DNA of 64,000 nt from positions 37,465 to 101,464 of the forward strand of contig SVQN01000002.1 of assembly GCA_015065295.1 (NCBI GenBank). The letters run 5' to 3'. A program made the translations under genes and the position numbers. Every line of letters begins with the position of its first letter. The first letter of the stretch is position 1. The DNA comes from Oscillospiraceae bacterium (GTDB lineage: Bacteria; Bacillota; Clostridia; Oscillospirales; CAG-272). The notes below the pieces were generated by a model. That model did no database searches and was not told where the DNA came from. It saw nothing but the letters and a program-made list of their open reading frames with translations. Shown here in pieces: positions 29,577 to 40,067 of the stretch.

Positions 29577-31280
29577 ATGAAGAAATTCACTCTCGGTACC
29601 CCTGAACAGTTCGTCCCCTCGATGTTCTGCGACAACTTCCGCTACATCGAAACCGACGTGACCTATCCCGCGTCGAACTTCACCTGCCGCAAGACTGCCC
29701 GCGGCTTCCTTGTGGAGTTTCCCATTGAGGACGACTGCCATGTCTTCGGCTTCGGTCTTCAGCTCAAGCAGTTCGACCATCGCGGACGTAAGCTCCGCCT
29801 CGACGTGAACGCCGACCCCGTCACCAACAACGGCGAATCCCACGCGCCCGTTCCCTTCTTCGTCACCAACAAAGGATACGGTATGTACTTCGATACCGCC
29901 CGCTACGCCGAATTCACCTGCGGCAAGCCGAAGAATACCGCGGCAAAGAACATCGCGGCAGGCGGTGCGGCGGACAACACGGACGATCTCTACGCCGTCC
30001 GCAAGGAATCCGGTGCGGTCATGAGCGTGCTGATTCCCGCCGCCGAAGGTGTGGACGTGTACGTCATCGAAGGCAGCACCATCACCGACATCGTAAAGCA
30101 GTACAATATGCTCGCCGGCGGCGGATGCGACGTTCCCGAATGGGGGCTCGGCACCCTCTACCGCTGCTATACCGGCTGGAATTCCGAACAGATCAAGAAA
30201 ACCGCCGATTATTTCCGCGACAACGACATTCCCTGCTCCATCATCGGTCTCGAACCCGGCTGGCAGACCCACGCCTATTCCTGCACCTACAAGTGGAGCG
30301 ACCGCTACCCGGATCCGAAAGAATTCATCGGCTACCTCAAGGAACGCGGCTTCCACGTCAACCTCTGGGAACACGCCTTCACCCATCCGGACAGCCCGAT
30401 TCACGACGACATCGCGCCGTATTCCGGGGATTACCTCGTCTGGGGCGGCGTTGTCCCGGACTTTGCAACGCCCGAAGCACGCAGAATTTTCTCCGACTAC
30501 CAGCGCAAGGCCCTCGTTGACCTCGGCGTAGACGGCTTCAAGCTCGACGAATGCGACTCGAGCGACAACACCGGAAGCTGGAGCTTCCCCCTGCACGCCG
30601 AATTCCCGTCCGGTCTCGACGGAGAACAGTATCACTCCCTTTTCGGCACCCTCTATGCAAAAACCATCCTCGACGCACTCGGCGACACTCCGACCCTCTC
30701 GGAAATCCGTCAGATGGGCGCACTCGCCGCACCGTATCCGTTCGTCCTCTACAGCGACCTGTACGACCACAAGGACTTCCTGCGCGGCGTAGCCAATTCC
30801 GGCTTCTCCGGCATCCTCTGGACGCCCGAATTCCGCGACGCCCCGAACCGCGACATCTGCATCCGCCGTGTACAGGCGATCGTCTTCTCCGTCCAGTGCC
30901 TCATCAATGCGTGGTACTACGACGGCATTCCGTGGGTCGGCCACGGCTGTGAAGACGAAGTCCGCGAACTCCTCAAACTGCGTGAAACGCTCATCCCGAT
31001 GCTGAAAAAAGCATTCGAGGACTACCACACCACCGGCAAACCTCCGGTACGCGCCCTCGTCATGGACTACACGGACGACGCGGAAACCTATAAAATCGAC
31101 GACCAGTGGCTGTTCTGCGACGACCTGCTCGTTGCCCCGATCGCGGCCGGTACGGGCGACGAACGCGACGTATACCTTCCCACAGCAGAAAAATGGGTTG
31201 ACTACTTCACCGGCGACCCCGTTGAATCCGGCTGGCACCACGTCAACACCAAGGGAATCCCGGTCTATAAGAAAGCATAA
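29577..31280 (+). CDS. Glycoside hydrolase family 31
   Basis: HAPVPFF, PEWGLG, LKERGFHVNLW, PDFATPEA, GFKLDE (nucleophile), DDLLVAP, VYLP..W.DYFTG. Confidence 0.85.
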   Translation: MKKFTLGTPEQFVPSMFCDNFRYIETDVTYPASNFTCRKTARGFLVEFPIEDDCHVFGFGLQLKQFDHRGRKLRLDVNADPVTNNGESHAPVPFFVTNKGYGMYFDTARYAEFTCGKPKNTAAKNIAAGGAADNTDDLYAVRKESGAVMSVLIPAAEGVDVYVIEGSTITDIVKQYNMLAGGGCDVPEWGLGTLYRCYTGWNSEQIKKTADYFRDNDIPCSIIGLEPGWQTHAYSCTYKWSDRYPDPKEFIGYLKERGFHVNLWEHAFTHPDSPIHDDIAPYSGDYLVWGGVVPDFATPEARRIFSDYQRKALVDLGVDGFKLDECDSSDNTGSWSFPLHAEFPSGLDGEQYHSLFGTLYAKTILDALGDTPTLSEIRQMGALAAPYPFVLYSDLYDHKDFLRGVANSGFSGILWTPEFRDAPNRDICIRRVQAIVFSVQCLINAWYYDGIPWVGHGCEDEVRELLKLRETLIPMLKKAFEDYHTTGKPPVRALVMDYTDDAETYKIDDQWLFCDDLLVAPIAAGTGDERDVYLPTAEKWVDYFTGDPVESGWHHVNTKGIPVYKKA

Positions 31281-31315
31281 AAATACAGAAATACATACCC
31301 CACAGGAGAACAATC

Positions 31316-34240
31316 ATGAAACAAACCATCGAAACCATCCGTTCCCTCTCTCCTTCCTACGGCAGCATCCCGTTCTGGAGCTGGAACGACAAACTCGAAG
31401 AATCCGAACTCCGCCGCCAGATCCGCGACATGAAGGAACTCGGCATGAACGGCTTCTTTATGCACGCACGCGGCGGTCTTGAAACCGAATACCTCTCCGA
31501 CGAGTGGTTCGACTGCATCAACGCCTGCGTGGACGAAGCGCGCAAGCTCGGCATGGAAGCGTGGTCCTACGACGAAAACGGCTGGCCTTCCGGTTTTGCG
31601 GGCGGCGAACTGCTCAAGGACAAGAAAAACTTCGCTCTCGCCGTCGAACACAAGACCGACAAGTTCCCGGTCATTGACGAAGACATCATCGCCGTATACA
31701 GGAAGAACGCCGACGGCAGCTTCACCCGCGTGACCGAAGACATCGGCGAGGACGAATACCTCATCCTCTACAAGCGTTACGACGAAAGCTACGTTGACAC
31801 CCTCGACGGCACGATTACCGATCTCTTCATCGAAGCAACCCACGAAGAATACAAGAAGCGCGTCGCTCCCGAAGATTTCGGTTCCGGCAAGGCAATGCCC
31901 GGCTTCTTTACTGACGAACCGCAGTATTACCGCTGGGGCAACCCGTACTCCAACACCCTTCCGCGCGAATTCATGAACGCTTACGGCTACGACATCCTCG
32001 ACAAGCTCCCGGCGATCTTCTTCGACTTCGACGGTGCGGACAAGTTCCGTTACGATTACTACCTCCTCATCCACAAGCTGTTCATCAACAACTTCATCAA
32101 GAAGATTTACGACTGGTGCGAAGCAAACGGCGCGGAAATCACCGGCCACGCAGTCGAAGAATCCTCTCTCGGCGGCCAGATGATGTGTATCGGCGGCGTA
32201 ATGCCCTTCTACCAGTATGAACACATCCCGGGCATCGACTACCTCGGACGCGGCATTGCGGACGACATCGCGCCCAAGCAGCTCGGCAGCGCGTGCTCGC
32301 AGCTCGGCAAAAAGAAGAGACTGTCCGAAATGTTCGCCTGCTGCGGCTGGGATGTCTCCCCGACCGAACTCAAGCGCATCGCGGAAATGCAGTACGCCGG
32401 CGGCGTCAACCTCATGTGCCAGCACCTCTATCCGTACTCCGAACGCGGTCAGAGAAAGCGCGACTATCCGCTCCACTACTCCGAACACAACCCGTGGCAG
32501 GGCAAAATGCGTGAGTTCGACCTCTACTTCAACAACCTCGGCGCGGCTCTCGCACAGGGCGACGAATACGCCCCGATCCTCGTAATCCACCCGATCCACG
32601 GCGCATACTGCAAATACAAGAAGAACACCGATTCTCTCCGTGAAATCGAAGGCAAGTTCTTTGAACTCTCCCGTCTCCTCGGCTACAACCAGATTCCGTA
32701 CCACTACGGCGACGAATGGATGATGGCAGACATGGCAGAAGTCATCGGCGACAAGATCAAGGTCGGTCTCTGCACCTACGACACCGTGATCGTTCCCTTC
32801 ACCTACTCTCTCGACAGCACCACCGTCGAACTGCTGAAGAAGTACGTTGAAAACGGCGGTAAGGTCTGGATGTTCGCGGACGTTCCCCCGTACATCGACG
32901 GCGCGGCAGCCGACATCGACTGGCTGAAGTCCAACATTACCCTCGACGACCTCAAGGCAAAGCGCGACGTGGTCATCACCAAGGACGGCAAAAATGTTCC
33001 GCAGCTCCGCAAGACCTCCCGCGTGATCGGCGGCGACCGTCTTGTATACATCACCAATATCACCACCGACGCACTCTATCCCGTCAAGGTACAGCTTCCC
33101 GCCGGCAAGTGGGCGATCCTCGACATGAACACCCTCGAAACGAAGCCCCTCTGCTTCACCGACAAGGGCGATTCCGTCGAAGTTACCCTCGCGTTCGCAG
33201 ACGCACAGTCCTACGTTCTCGTTTCCGGCGACGACGTTGTTCCCGAAACGGCAGCCGATCCGAAGCCTGTGACCGACTTCATCCCCGTACCGCGCACCGC
33301 CGCTCTCACAAAGGCTGTGGATAACCTCATGAACCTCGACATCGCGGCTCTCTCCAAGGACGGCGTGACCTACGACGAACCGATGGCGATCATGGGCATC
33401 AAGGACAACCTCCTCCGTGAACGCTACGACGGCCGCGTATGGCTCAAATTCACCTACGACGTGGACTATGTTCCCGCCAACCTCCGCGTTGCCATTGAGC
33501 CGATGTACGAACGTGTGACCGTCAATGGCACCGAAGTCACCCCGGACAAGGCAAACTACTGGTTCGACAAATCCTTCGCAACGGCAGACATCGCCGCTCT
33601 GACGAAGCCCGGCGTAAACGAAATCGTGATCGAAGTCAACCACCACCAGCGCGATTACGTCTACTACGTCCTCTACAGCGGCGTATCGGAATCTCTCCGA
33701 AACTGCCTTGTCTTCGACGTGGAAATCGAAAACATCTACCTCATCGGCGACTTTGCGCTCCGCACCAACGGCATCTTCACCGACAGCGTCCGCTCGTCCG
33801 TTCTCTACGACGGCACGTTTACGCTCGTTGCACAGCCGAAGGTCATCCCGACCCGCGACATCGTCCGCGGCGGCTTCCCGTTCTACGGCGGCGAAATCGC
33901 GTCGAAGTTCACCTACAACTATGCGGAAGGCAAGCCGACCGTCCTCAAGCTCGACGGCCGCTTTGCAACGGCATCCGTTACCGTCAACGGCGTTCCTGCC
34001 GGTACGATGATGTTCGAACGCACCCTCGACCTCGCCGCATGGCTGACCGAAGGAGCAAACGACATCGAAGTGACGATCTGCAACTCCATGCGCAACCTGA
34101 TGGGACCGCACCACCGCAACGATCCCGAACCGTACGGCGTCGGCCCCGGCACCTTCTCCTACGAAAAGGAATGGCACGGCCGTGAATGCCGCGGCTACGT
34201 TGACCGCTACGCATTTGTAAGATACGGTATGAAGAAGTAA
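31316..34240 (+). CDS. Large glycoside hydrolase, GH106-like
   Basis: PFWSWND, GFFMHARGGL, YDENGWPSGFAGG, GFFTDEPQY, ITGH, PGIDYL, C-terminal beta-sandwich (GANDIEV); substrate not determinable. Confidence 0.75.
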   Translation: MKQTIETIRSLSPSYGSIPFWSWNDKLEESELRRQIRDMKELGMNGFFMHARGGLETEYLSDEWFDCINACVDEARKLGMEAWSYDENGWPSGFAGGELLKDKKNFALAVEHKTDKFPVIDEDIIAVYRKNADGSFTRVTEDIGEDEYLILYKRYDESYVDTLDGTITDLFIEATHEEYKKRVAPEDFGSGKAMPGFFTDEPQYYRWGNPYSNTLPREFMNAYGYDILDKLPAIFFDFDGADKFRYDYYLLIHKLFINNFIKKIYDWCEANGAEITGHAVEESSLGGQMMCIGGVMPFYQYEHIPGIDYLGRGIADDIAPKQLGSACSQLGKKKRLSEMFACCGWDVSPTELKRIAEMQYAGGVNLMCQHLYPYSERGQRKRDYPLHYSEHNPWQGKMREFDLYFNNLGAALAQGDEYAPILVIHPIHGAYCKYKKNTDSLREIEGKFFELSRLLGYNQIPYHYGDEWMMADMAEVIGDKIKVGLCTYDTVIVPFTYSLDSTTVELLKKYVENGGKVWMFADVPPYIDGAAADIDWLKSNITLDDLKAKRDVVITKDGKNVPQLRKTSRVIGGDRLVYITNITTDALYPVKVQLPAGKWAILDMNTLETKPLCFTDKGDSVEVTLAFADAQSYVLVSGDDVVPETAADPKPVTDFIPVPRTAALTKAVDNLMNLDIAALSKDGVTYDEPMAIMGIKDNLLRERYDGRVWLKFTYDVDYVPANLRVAIEPMYERVTVNGTEVTPDKANYWFDKSFATADIAALTKPGVNEIVIEVNHHQRDYVYYVLYSGVSESLRNCLVFDVEIENIYLIGDFALRTNGIFTDSVRSSVLYDGTFTLVAQPKVIPTRDIVRGGFPFYGGEIASKFTYNYAEGKPTVLKLDGRFATASVTVNGVPAGTMMFERTLDLAAWLTEGANDIEVTICNSMRNLMGPHHRNDPEPYGVGPGTFSYEKEWHGRECRGYVDRYAFVRYGMKK

Positions 34241-34249
34241 GGGGATACG

Positions 34250-34302
34250 TTGGGGGAAACTTTTTGCAAAAAGTTTCCCCCAAACCCCTTTCAAAAAACT
34301 TC
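34250..34302 (-). repeat. REP-like hairpin, family A copy 6
   Basis: TTGGGGGAAACTTTTTGCAAAAAGTTTCCCCCAAACCCCTTTCAAAAAACTTC. Confidence 0.85.
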
Positions 34303-34361
34303 AGACAAATGGTTTGACGAAGTTTGTGCAGACTGTTTGTTTTTAATTTGAGGAATTACCT

Positions 34362-35387
34362 ATGATTACTACTTTCGGTGAAATTATGCTCCGTCTGTCC
34401 CCGCCGGGTGCGTACCGGATCGCACAGGCGGATTCGTTTGACGCAGTCTACGGCGGCGCGGAAGAAAACGTTGCCATTGCGCTGGCATCGTTCGGGGAAC
34501 ATACGTCCTATGTCACGAAGCTCCCGCAGAACGCCGTCGGCGATGCCTGCCTGAACAGCATCCGTCAGTGGGGCGTGGACACCTCGCACATTCTGCGCGG
34601 CGGCGACCGTCTGGGATTGTATTATCTCGAAAAAGGTGCGTCCCTGCGTGCATCGGCAGTGACCTACGACCGCAAAGGTTCCGCGTTCGCCATGTCCGGC
34701 ATTGACGACTACGACTGGAACGTCATTCTCCCGCAGGACGATTCGGCGAGCCACGGTAACGCCTTTTTCTACACCGGCATCACTCCCGCCGTCGGCGAAA
34801 ACCTCCCCGGCATCCTCCGCGACGCTCTCGAGGTCTGCCGCAGCCGTAAAATCCGTACCTACTGTGACCTCAATTACCGCGCAGCTCTCTGGACGACCGA
34901 AAAAGCCGGTTCCGTCCTGCGGGAACTTCTTCCCTACACGGATGTCTGCGTGGCAAACGAAGAACACGCGGAGCAGCTCTTCGGCATCACCACGGCATTC
35001 ACGGAGCTGAATGACCGTCTGCGCGACATTGCGGAAAAGCTCTGCGCGGAATTTGCTCTGTCCCGCGTCGTCATGACCATGCGCCGCAGTCTGTCCGCAG
35101 ATGACAATGAAGTCAGCGCGGCAACGCTGAACGCGAAAACCGGCGAATTCACCGTTTCGCGCACCTATCCCGTCCACATTATCGACCGTGTCGGCGGCGG
35201 GGATGCGCTGTCGGCCGGTATTATCTACGGCGAGCTGCACGGGTTCGACGAAGCGCACCTGATCGAGTTCGCCAGTGCCGCAAACGCGTTCAAGCATTCG
35301 ATCCACGGCGATGCACTGATCGCATCCGCCGCAGAAATCGACGCTGTTGCACAGGCAAAAACCGGCGAAATCCGAATGAAACGCTAA
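34362..35387 (+). CDS. kdgK: PfkB-family sugar kinase, 2-keto-3-deoxygluconate kinase-like
   Basis: FGEIMLRLSPP, GGAEENVA, RLGLYYLEKG, DLNYRAALW, DRVGGGD. Confidence 0.8.
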   Translation: MITTFGEIMLRLSPPGAYRIAQADSFDAVYGGAEENVAIALASFGEHTSYVTKLPQNAVGDACLNSIRQWGVDTSHILRGGDRLGLYYLEKGASLRASAVTYDRKGSAFAMSGIDDYDWNVILPQDDSASHGNAFFYTGITPAVGENLPGILRDALEVCRSRKIRTYCDLNYRAALWTTEKAGSVLRELLPYTDVCVANEEHAEQLFGITTAFTELNDRLRDIAEKLCAEFALSRVVMTMRRSLSADDNEVSAATLNAKTGEFTVSRTYPVHIIDRVGGGDALSAGIIYGELHGFDEAHLIEFASAANAFKHSIHGDALIASAAEIDAVAQAKTGEIRMKR

Positions 35388-35401
35388 GGAGAATATCAGC
35401 C

Positions 35402-36169
35402 ATGCACATTTTAGCAACTGACTACGACGGTACCCTCAACCGGGGCGGCGTCGCGCAGGCAGACCACGAGGCGATCGCACGGTTCCGCAAGGCAGGCAAC
35501 CTGTTCGGCATCGTAACCGGACGTGCGAGCGATATGTACGACCTGCTCATCAACCAGCACGTTGAATTTGACTTCGTGATCGTCATGAACGGCGCAATGA
35601 CCCTCGACAAAGACGGAAACACCGTCTTTGAAGAAACCGGCGACCCGTCCTGCATCCGCGGGATCACCGAACTTGCAGGCAGCGGCGACTACGCAGCCTT
35701 CCTGAGCTGTGTCCACCACCGGACACGCCGGACATTCCACGCGGCCTATCCGGACGGAAACGACAAATACGATCCAATGTCCGCCGCCGGCGAATTCACC
35801 CGCTTCACACAGATGAACACCGCCGTCAGAACCGACGCGCTGGCAGCTCAGATCACCGCAGAGATCAACGCCAATTTCGGCGAATACGTCAACGCGCTCC
35901 AGAACGGCACCTGCATCGACATTCCCCCGCGCGGCATCGACAAAGGCGTCGGTGTGGCACGCTATGCGGATCAGATGGGCGTTCCCCATGAAAACGTCTG
36001 GTGCGCCGGCGACAACATGAACGACATGGCGATGATTACCCGTTTCCACGGCTGTGCAGTGTCCAATGCCCGTCCGGAAGTCAAGGAAGCCGCAGAAGCC
36101 ACCTACGACGGGATTTACGCAATCATCGACCATATTCTTGAAGTACAGGCATCGGAATCTGCCGAATAA
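35402..36169 (+). CDS. Cof-type HAD-IIB hydrolase
   Basis: TDYDGTL, VTGR, NGA, IDKG, GDNMNDMAM. Confidence 0.9.
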   Translation: MHILATDYDGTLNRGGVAQADHEAIARFRKAGNLFGIVTGRASDMYDLLINQHVEFDFVIVMNGAMTLDKDGNTVFEETGDPSCIRGITELAGSGDYAAFLSCVHHRTRRTFHAAYPDGNDKYDPMSAAGEFTRFTQMNTAVRTDALAAQITAEINANFGEYVNALQNGTCIDIPPRGIDKGVGVARYADQMGVPHENVWCAGDNMNDMAMITRFHGCAVSNARPEVKEAAEATYDGIYAIIDHILEVQASESAE

Positions 36170-36180
36170 CGGAAATTTGG

Positions 36181-36209
36181 TTGACATTTCCGACCGTGCG
36201 TGATATAAT
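36181..36209 (+). promoter_or_regulatory. Sigma-A promoter of pduL
   Basis: TTGACA-17 bp-TATAAT with extended TG. Confidence 0.85.
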
Positions 36210-36276
36210 AAAACCGATAAAAATTTAAAAAATCCGACGGTTTTCCCGGCGGATGACATAATGGAGGAATAGTCCA

Positions 36277-36849
36277 ATGGCAAAGGTATTAGTTGAAACC
36301 AGCGCACGTCACGTGCATCTTTCCGAAGAACATATCAAGATTCTGTTCGGTGAAGGCGCAACCCTCACCCACAAGAAGGATCTGTCCCAGCCCGGTCAGT
36401 TCGCGTGCGAAGAACGCGTAACCGTAGTTGGCCCCAAGAAGTCTATCCCGAACGTAATCATCCTCGGTCCCGCACGTCCGGCTACGCAGGTTGAAATCTC
36501 TCTCACCGACGCTCGTACCCTCGGTGTAACCGCTCCCGTCCGTGAATCCGGTGACGTTGCCGGTTCCGGCGCGTGCAAGCTCGTAGGTCCCTGCGGTGAA
36601 GTAGAAATCGCAGAAGGCGTAATCGCAGCAAAGCGTCACATCCACCTCACTCCTGCTGACGCAGAAGAATTCGGCGTATCCGACAAGGAAATCGTATCCG
36701 TAAAGATCGACTCCGACGGCAGAAGCACCGTTTTCGGTGACGTTGTTGTCCGCGTAAGCCCGAAGTTTGCAGCAGCAATGCACATTGACACTGACGAATC
36801 CAACGCAGCGTGTGCATTCGGCGAATGCTACGGCGAAATCATCAAGTAA
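36277..36849 (+). CDS. pduL: Phosphate propanoyltransferase (PduL-type phosphotransacylase)
   Basis: SARHVHLS, LSQPGQFAC, QVEISLTDA, PVRESG, AKRHIH, MHIDTDESNA. Confidence 0.93.
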   Translation: MAKVLVETSARHVHLSEEHIKILFGEGATLTHKKDLSQPGQFACEERVTVVGPKKSIPNVIILGPARPATQVEISLTDARTLGVTAPVRESGDVAGSGACKLVGPCGEVEIAEGVIAAKRHIHLTPADAEEFGVSDKEIVSVKIDSDGRSTVFGDVVVRVSPKFAAAMHIDTDESNAACAFGECYGEIIK

Positions 36850-36874
36850 TTATCGGAATCCCCTTCGGGGAGGA

Positions 36875-37359
36875 AGGAAGAAAAAAGCACCGTTCCGGTG
36901 CTTTTTTCAATTTTATGCCACTACGCGTGGCGGCGCATAAGAGGACTTCCGGGGCGAAGCCCTCTTATGAATCTCCCCGCCCTGTAAATCGTTCATGGGA
37001 CTCGGCCTTAAGGCCTCAGACATACAGCGGTTTGCCCGCATTCAGACCCTTCGGAAGAGACAAGGTACTGTGCAAATCTGTCCAAATCGTATGTTCACTA
37101 CAAACAGCCATGAGGGAAAACTGTATTGTCAGTTCTACCTTTGGTTGAACAAAATCACTGTTCTTCCCTGCGATCTGCTGAGTGCAAACTGCTGTCTGTC
37201 TGAGCCCTTAAGGGCGAGTCCCCCGAACGCGGGGTGTCCAGAGGGTACTCCCTCTGGTTGCCGAGAGTCAAGAGAGGCTCGCAATCGAGCCTCTTTTGCG
37301 CCGTCCCGCGTAGGGACATAAAATTGAAAAAAGTACCGTTCCGGTACTTTTTTCTTCCT
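36875..37359 (+). mobile_element. ~485-bp giant-hairpin MITE/REPIN-like element, family B copy 1
   Basis: Long imperfect inverted arms (GGAAGAAAAAAGCACCG.. / ..CGGTACTTTTTTCTTCC) around an asymmetric core; homologous to 39189-39640 and 48584-49031; mobility is inferred from copy number. Confidence 0.75.
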
Positions 37360-37389
37360 ATAAAATTTTCTTAAAGTTTTAGCAAAACT

Positions 37390-38766
37390 TTACTTCCCCC
37401 GCTTGCCGATGACGAGCTTCGTCAGCGCAAACATCGCAATCGCGTTGGGGATAACCATCAGCTGGTTGAACATATCCGTCAGTTCCCATACGAGATCGTT
37501 CGACAGAATCGAGCCGAGGAATACGAATACCAGCGCGATGATCGAGTAGACCAGATTCGACTTCTTGCCGAACAGATAGTTCATGTTCGTGCGGCCGAAC
37601 AGGTTCCAGCCGATAACCGTCGAGAAAGCGAAGAAGAACAGGCAGATCGCAATAAAGCCGTTGCCGAGACCGCTGCCGAATACGCTGGAGAACGCCATCT
37701 GCGACATATTCGTCTTGGCGATGCCTTCCGGCACACCGGTGTTGACCATGTCTGCAAGAGGGCCGTTGCCCGCGTACAGCGTGGAGATAACCGTGAGAGC
37801 AGTCATGGTGAGGACGATGAACGTGTCGATGAATACGCCGATCATTGCGACAACACCCTGATCGTGCGGGTCTTCCACGTTAGCAAGCGCGTGTGCGTGC
37901 GGAGTGGAACCCATACCGGCTTCGTTGGAGAACAGACCGCGCTTTGCACCCTGGCTGATTGCAGTCTTGAGTGCATAGCCGATACCGCCGCCGATGATCG
38001 CATTCGGAACAAAGGCATACTTGAAGATCAGAGCGAAGGTTTCCGGGATGTACTGGATACGGCAGATAAGAAGAATCAGACCGCCGAGGAGGTACAGGCA
38101 CGCCATAACCGGAACGATTTTTTCAGTGAACGAAGCAATACGGTTGACGCCGCCGATAAAGATAAACGCGGAAATTGCCGCTACAACGAGACCGACAATC
38201 CACTGCGGGATGCCGAATGCGGTATTGCAGGCTTCTGCCATGGAGTTGGTCTGAACCATTGCGCCCATGAAGCCAAGCGCGAGAACCGCCGCTACCGCAA
38301 AGAACGTAGCGAGAGATTTCCCGAACTTATTCGGGAACGCATGCATGATGTAGTACACCGGGCCGCCGGAAACGGTACCGTCTGCGGAGACCTTACGGGT
38401 TTTCTGAGCGAGAACGGCTTCGGCATAGATTGTAGCCATACCGAAGAAAGCGATGATCCACATCCAGAAGATCGCGCCGGGGCCGCCGATGAGGATCGCG
38501 CCGCAGGCACCGACGATATTCCCGGTACCGACCTGTGCGGCAATTGCGGTTGCGAGAGCCTGGAACGAACTCATACCGCCCTTGGCAGAACCGCCGTGAA
38601 GGGAGATATTGCCGAACACCTTCTTCATCCCTTCGCCGAAGCAGCGAATCTGAACGAAGCGGGTCTTGACGGAGTACAGCAGACCGATCCCGATCAGAAG
38701 AATGATGAGGATATAGTCAGACAGGTACATATTGATGGTTTGAACGATTTTCAAAAGGGCATCCAT
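37390..38766 (-). CDS. Alanine/glycine:cation symporter (AGCS, AlsT-like)
   Basis: SSFQAL, AQVGTGNI, GGPGAIFWMW, GGPVYYI, RGLFSNEAGMGS, VFIDT; start ATG 38766. Confidence 0.93.
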   Translation of the reverse strand: MDALLKIVQTINMYLSDYILIILLIGIGLLYSVKTRFVQIRCFGEGMKKVFGNISLHGGSAKGGMSSFQALATAIAAQVGTGNIVGACGAILIGGPGAIFWMWIIAFFGMATIYAEAVLAQKTRKVSADGTVSGGPVYYIMHAFPNKFGKSLATFFAVAAVLALGFMGAMVQTNSMAEACNTAFGIPQWIVGLVVAAISAFIFIGGVNRIASFTEKIVPVMACLYLLGGLILLICRIQYIPETFALIFKYAFVPNAIIGGGIGYALKTAISQGAKRGLFSNEAGMGSTPHAHALANVEDPHDQGVVAMIGVFIDTFIVLTMTALTVISTLYAGNGPLADMVNTGVPEGIAKTNMSQMAFSSVFGSGLGNGFIAICLFFFAFSTVIGWNLFGRTNMNYLFGKKSNLVYSIIALVFVFLGSILSNDLVWELTDMFNQLMVIPNAIAMFALTKLVIGKRGK

Positions 38767-38792
38767 AATGCTTCCTCCAAAAAGAATTAAAT

Positions 38793-38829
38793 AAAAACAG
38801 AAAAGAGCTGTCACGACAGGACAGCTCCG
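38793..38829 (-). terminator. Expression-platform terminator of the glycine riboswitch
   Basis: GGAGCTGTC..GACAGCTC followed by TTTTCTGTTTTT on the minus strand. Confidence 0.75.
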
Positions 38830-38893
38830 GAGAAACGTATGCAGGCGATAGCCCAAGATACCGCAGTTGAAAAGCGGCGGGGTGGGTTATAGA

Positions 38894-39069
38894 CTCTGTC
38901 CTTTTGCCTGAGAGATTCGGCGGGAACCCGCGTTGCCCCTTCGGCAGCCGACTTATTCCGATGGGAACGGAAACTCGGCGTTCTCCAGAGACACATCCAT
39001 TTTCAGTCCCGCATTCTCCGGCGATGCTTCGTACACCGGAATCCGCTTTCTGAAAACTTCATTTGTCCA
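38894..39069 (-). promoter_or_regulatory. Glycine riboswitch (one aptamer at 38894-38990 with an upstream ghost aptamer)
   Basis: CTCTGGAGA..GCCGAAGGGGCAA..AATCTCTCAGGCAAAAGGACAGAG; GGACAAATGAA leader and TGGA linker; upstream of an AGCS symporter. Confidence 0.88.
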
Positions 39070-39188
39070 TGACTTGTGGGAATGTGCGCTTTATGCGCTA
39101 TAGCATATCACATTTTTAGGTAAAATGCAAGAGGAAATTACAATTTTTTTCAATTATTTTTGAATGCCAAACGGTACGTTTGGTACAG

Positions 39189-39640
39189 AAGGTAGAAAAA
39201 CGCCTGAAGGCGTTTTTCAAAATTTATGTCCCTACGCGGGACGGGCGCACAAAGGGGCTCAGACGCCGCCCCTTTGTGAATTCCTGGCTTAACGTTCGGG
39301 GGACTCGGCCTTAAGGCCTCGGACAGACAGCGGTTTGCCCGCATTCAGATTTTTAGGAAGAGACAAGGTGCAGTGCAAATCTGTCCAAAGCGTTCGTTCA
39401 GTAGAAACAGCCATGAGGGAAAACTATATTGTCAGTTCCACCTTTCAGCAAAACAAAATCTCTGTTCTTCCGTGCGATCTGCTGAGTGCAAACTGCTGTA
39501 TGTCTGAGCCCTCAAGGGCGAGTCCCCCGAACGCCAAGCCGGGAATTCATAAAGGGGCGGCGTCTGAGCCCCTTTATGCGCCGTCCCGCGCAGGGACATA
39601 AAATTGAAAAAAGTACCCAACGGGTACTTTTTTCTTCCTT
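39189..39640 (+). mobile_element. Giant-hairpin element, family B copy 2
   Basis: Same arms and core as 36875-37359, with compensated stem changes. Confidence 0.75.
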
Positions 39641-39675
39641 TTAAAAAATTTTCGAGAAAACTCCCCCTCCCCCTC

Positions 39676-39727
39676 TTGACAGATATATCGAAGTGCGATA
39701 TAATATATACATCGAACCTCGATATAT
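39676..39727 (+). promoter_or_regulatory. Sigma-A promoter with two palindromic PadR-type operators
   Basis: TTGACA(39676)-17-TATAAT(39699); TATCG-N6-CGATA-like palindromes at ~39683-39702 and ~39707-39727. Confidence 0.7.
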
Positions 39728-39743
39728 CGGAGTACAGTATAGT

Positions 39744-40067
39744 ATGGAAGAACGTCTGAAACGAATCTATGTCCCCATGACGGAAACGGGTTTCTATATC
39801 CTCTTCTGCCTTCAGGAGGAAATGCACGGCTACAGCATCGGAAAAAAGGTCGGCGAGCTGACCGGCGGCGAAATCACCATCAGCCCCGGCACCATGTACG
39901 GCACCCTCTCCAAAATGGAAAAGGACGGCCTGATCGAATTTGCCCGTGAGGAGGACAAACGCCGCCTCTACCGCATCACCGCTCTCGGCCGCGAAATCCT
40001 TACCATCGAACAAAAACGCATCGAACGACTTTACAAAAACAGCAAAGGAGAACGCTATGAAGGATAA
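39744..40067 (+). CDS. PadR family transcriptional regulator
   Basis: PMTETGFYIL, HGYSI, SPGTMYGTLSKMEKDGLI, YRITALG. Confidence 0.93.
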   Translation: MEERLKRIYVPMTETGFYILFCLQEEMHGYSIGKKVGELTGGEITISPGTMYGTLSKMEKDGLIEFAREEDKRRLYRITALGREILTIEQKRIERLYKNSKGERYEG

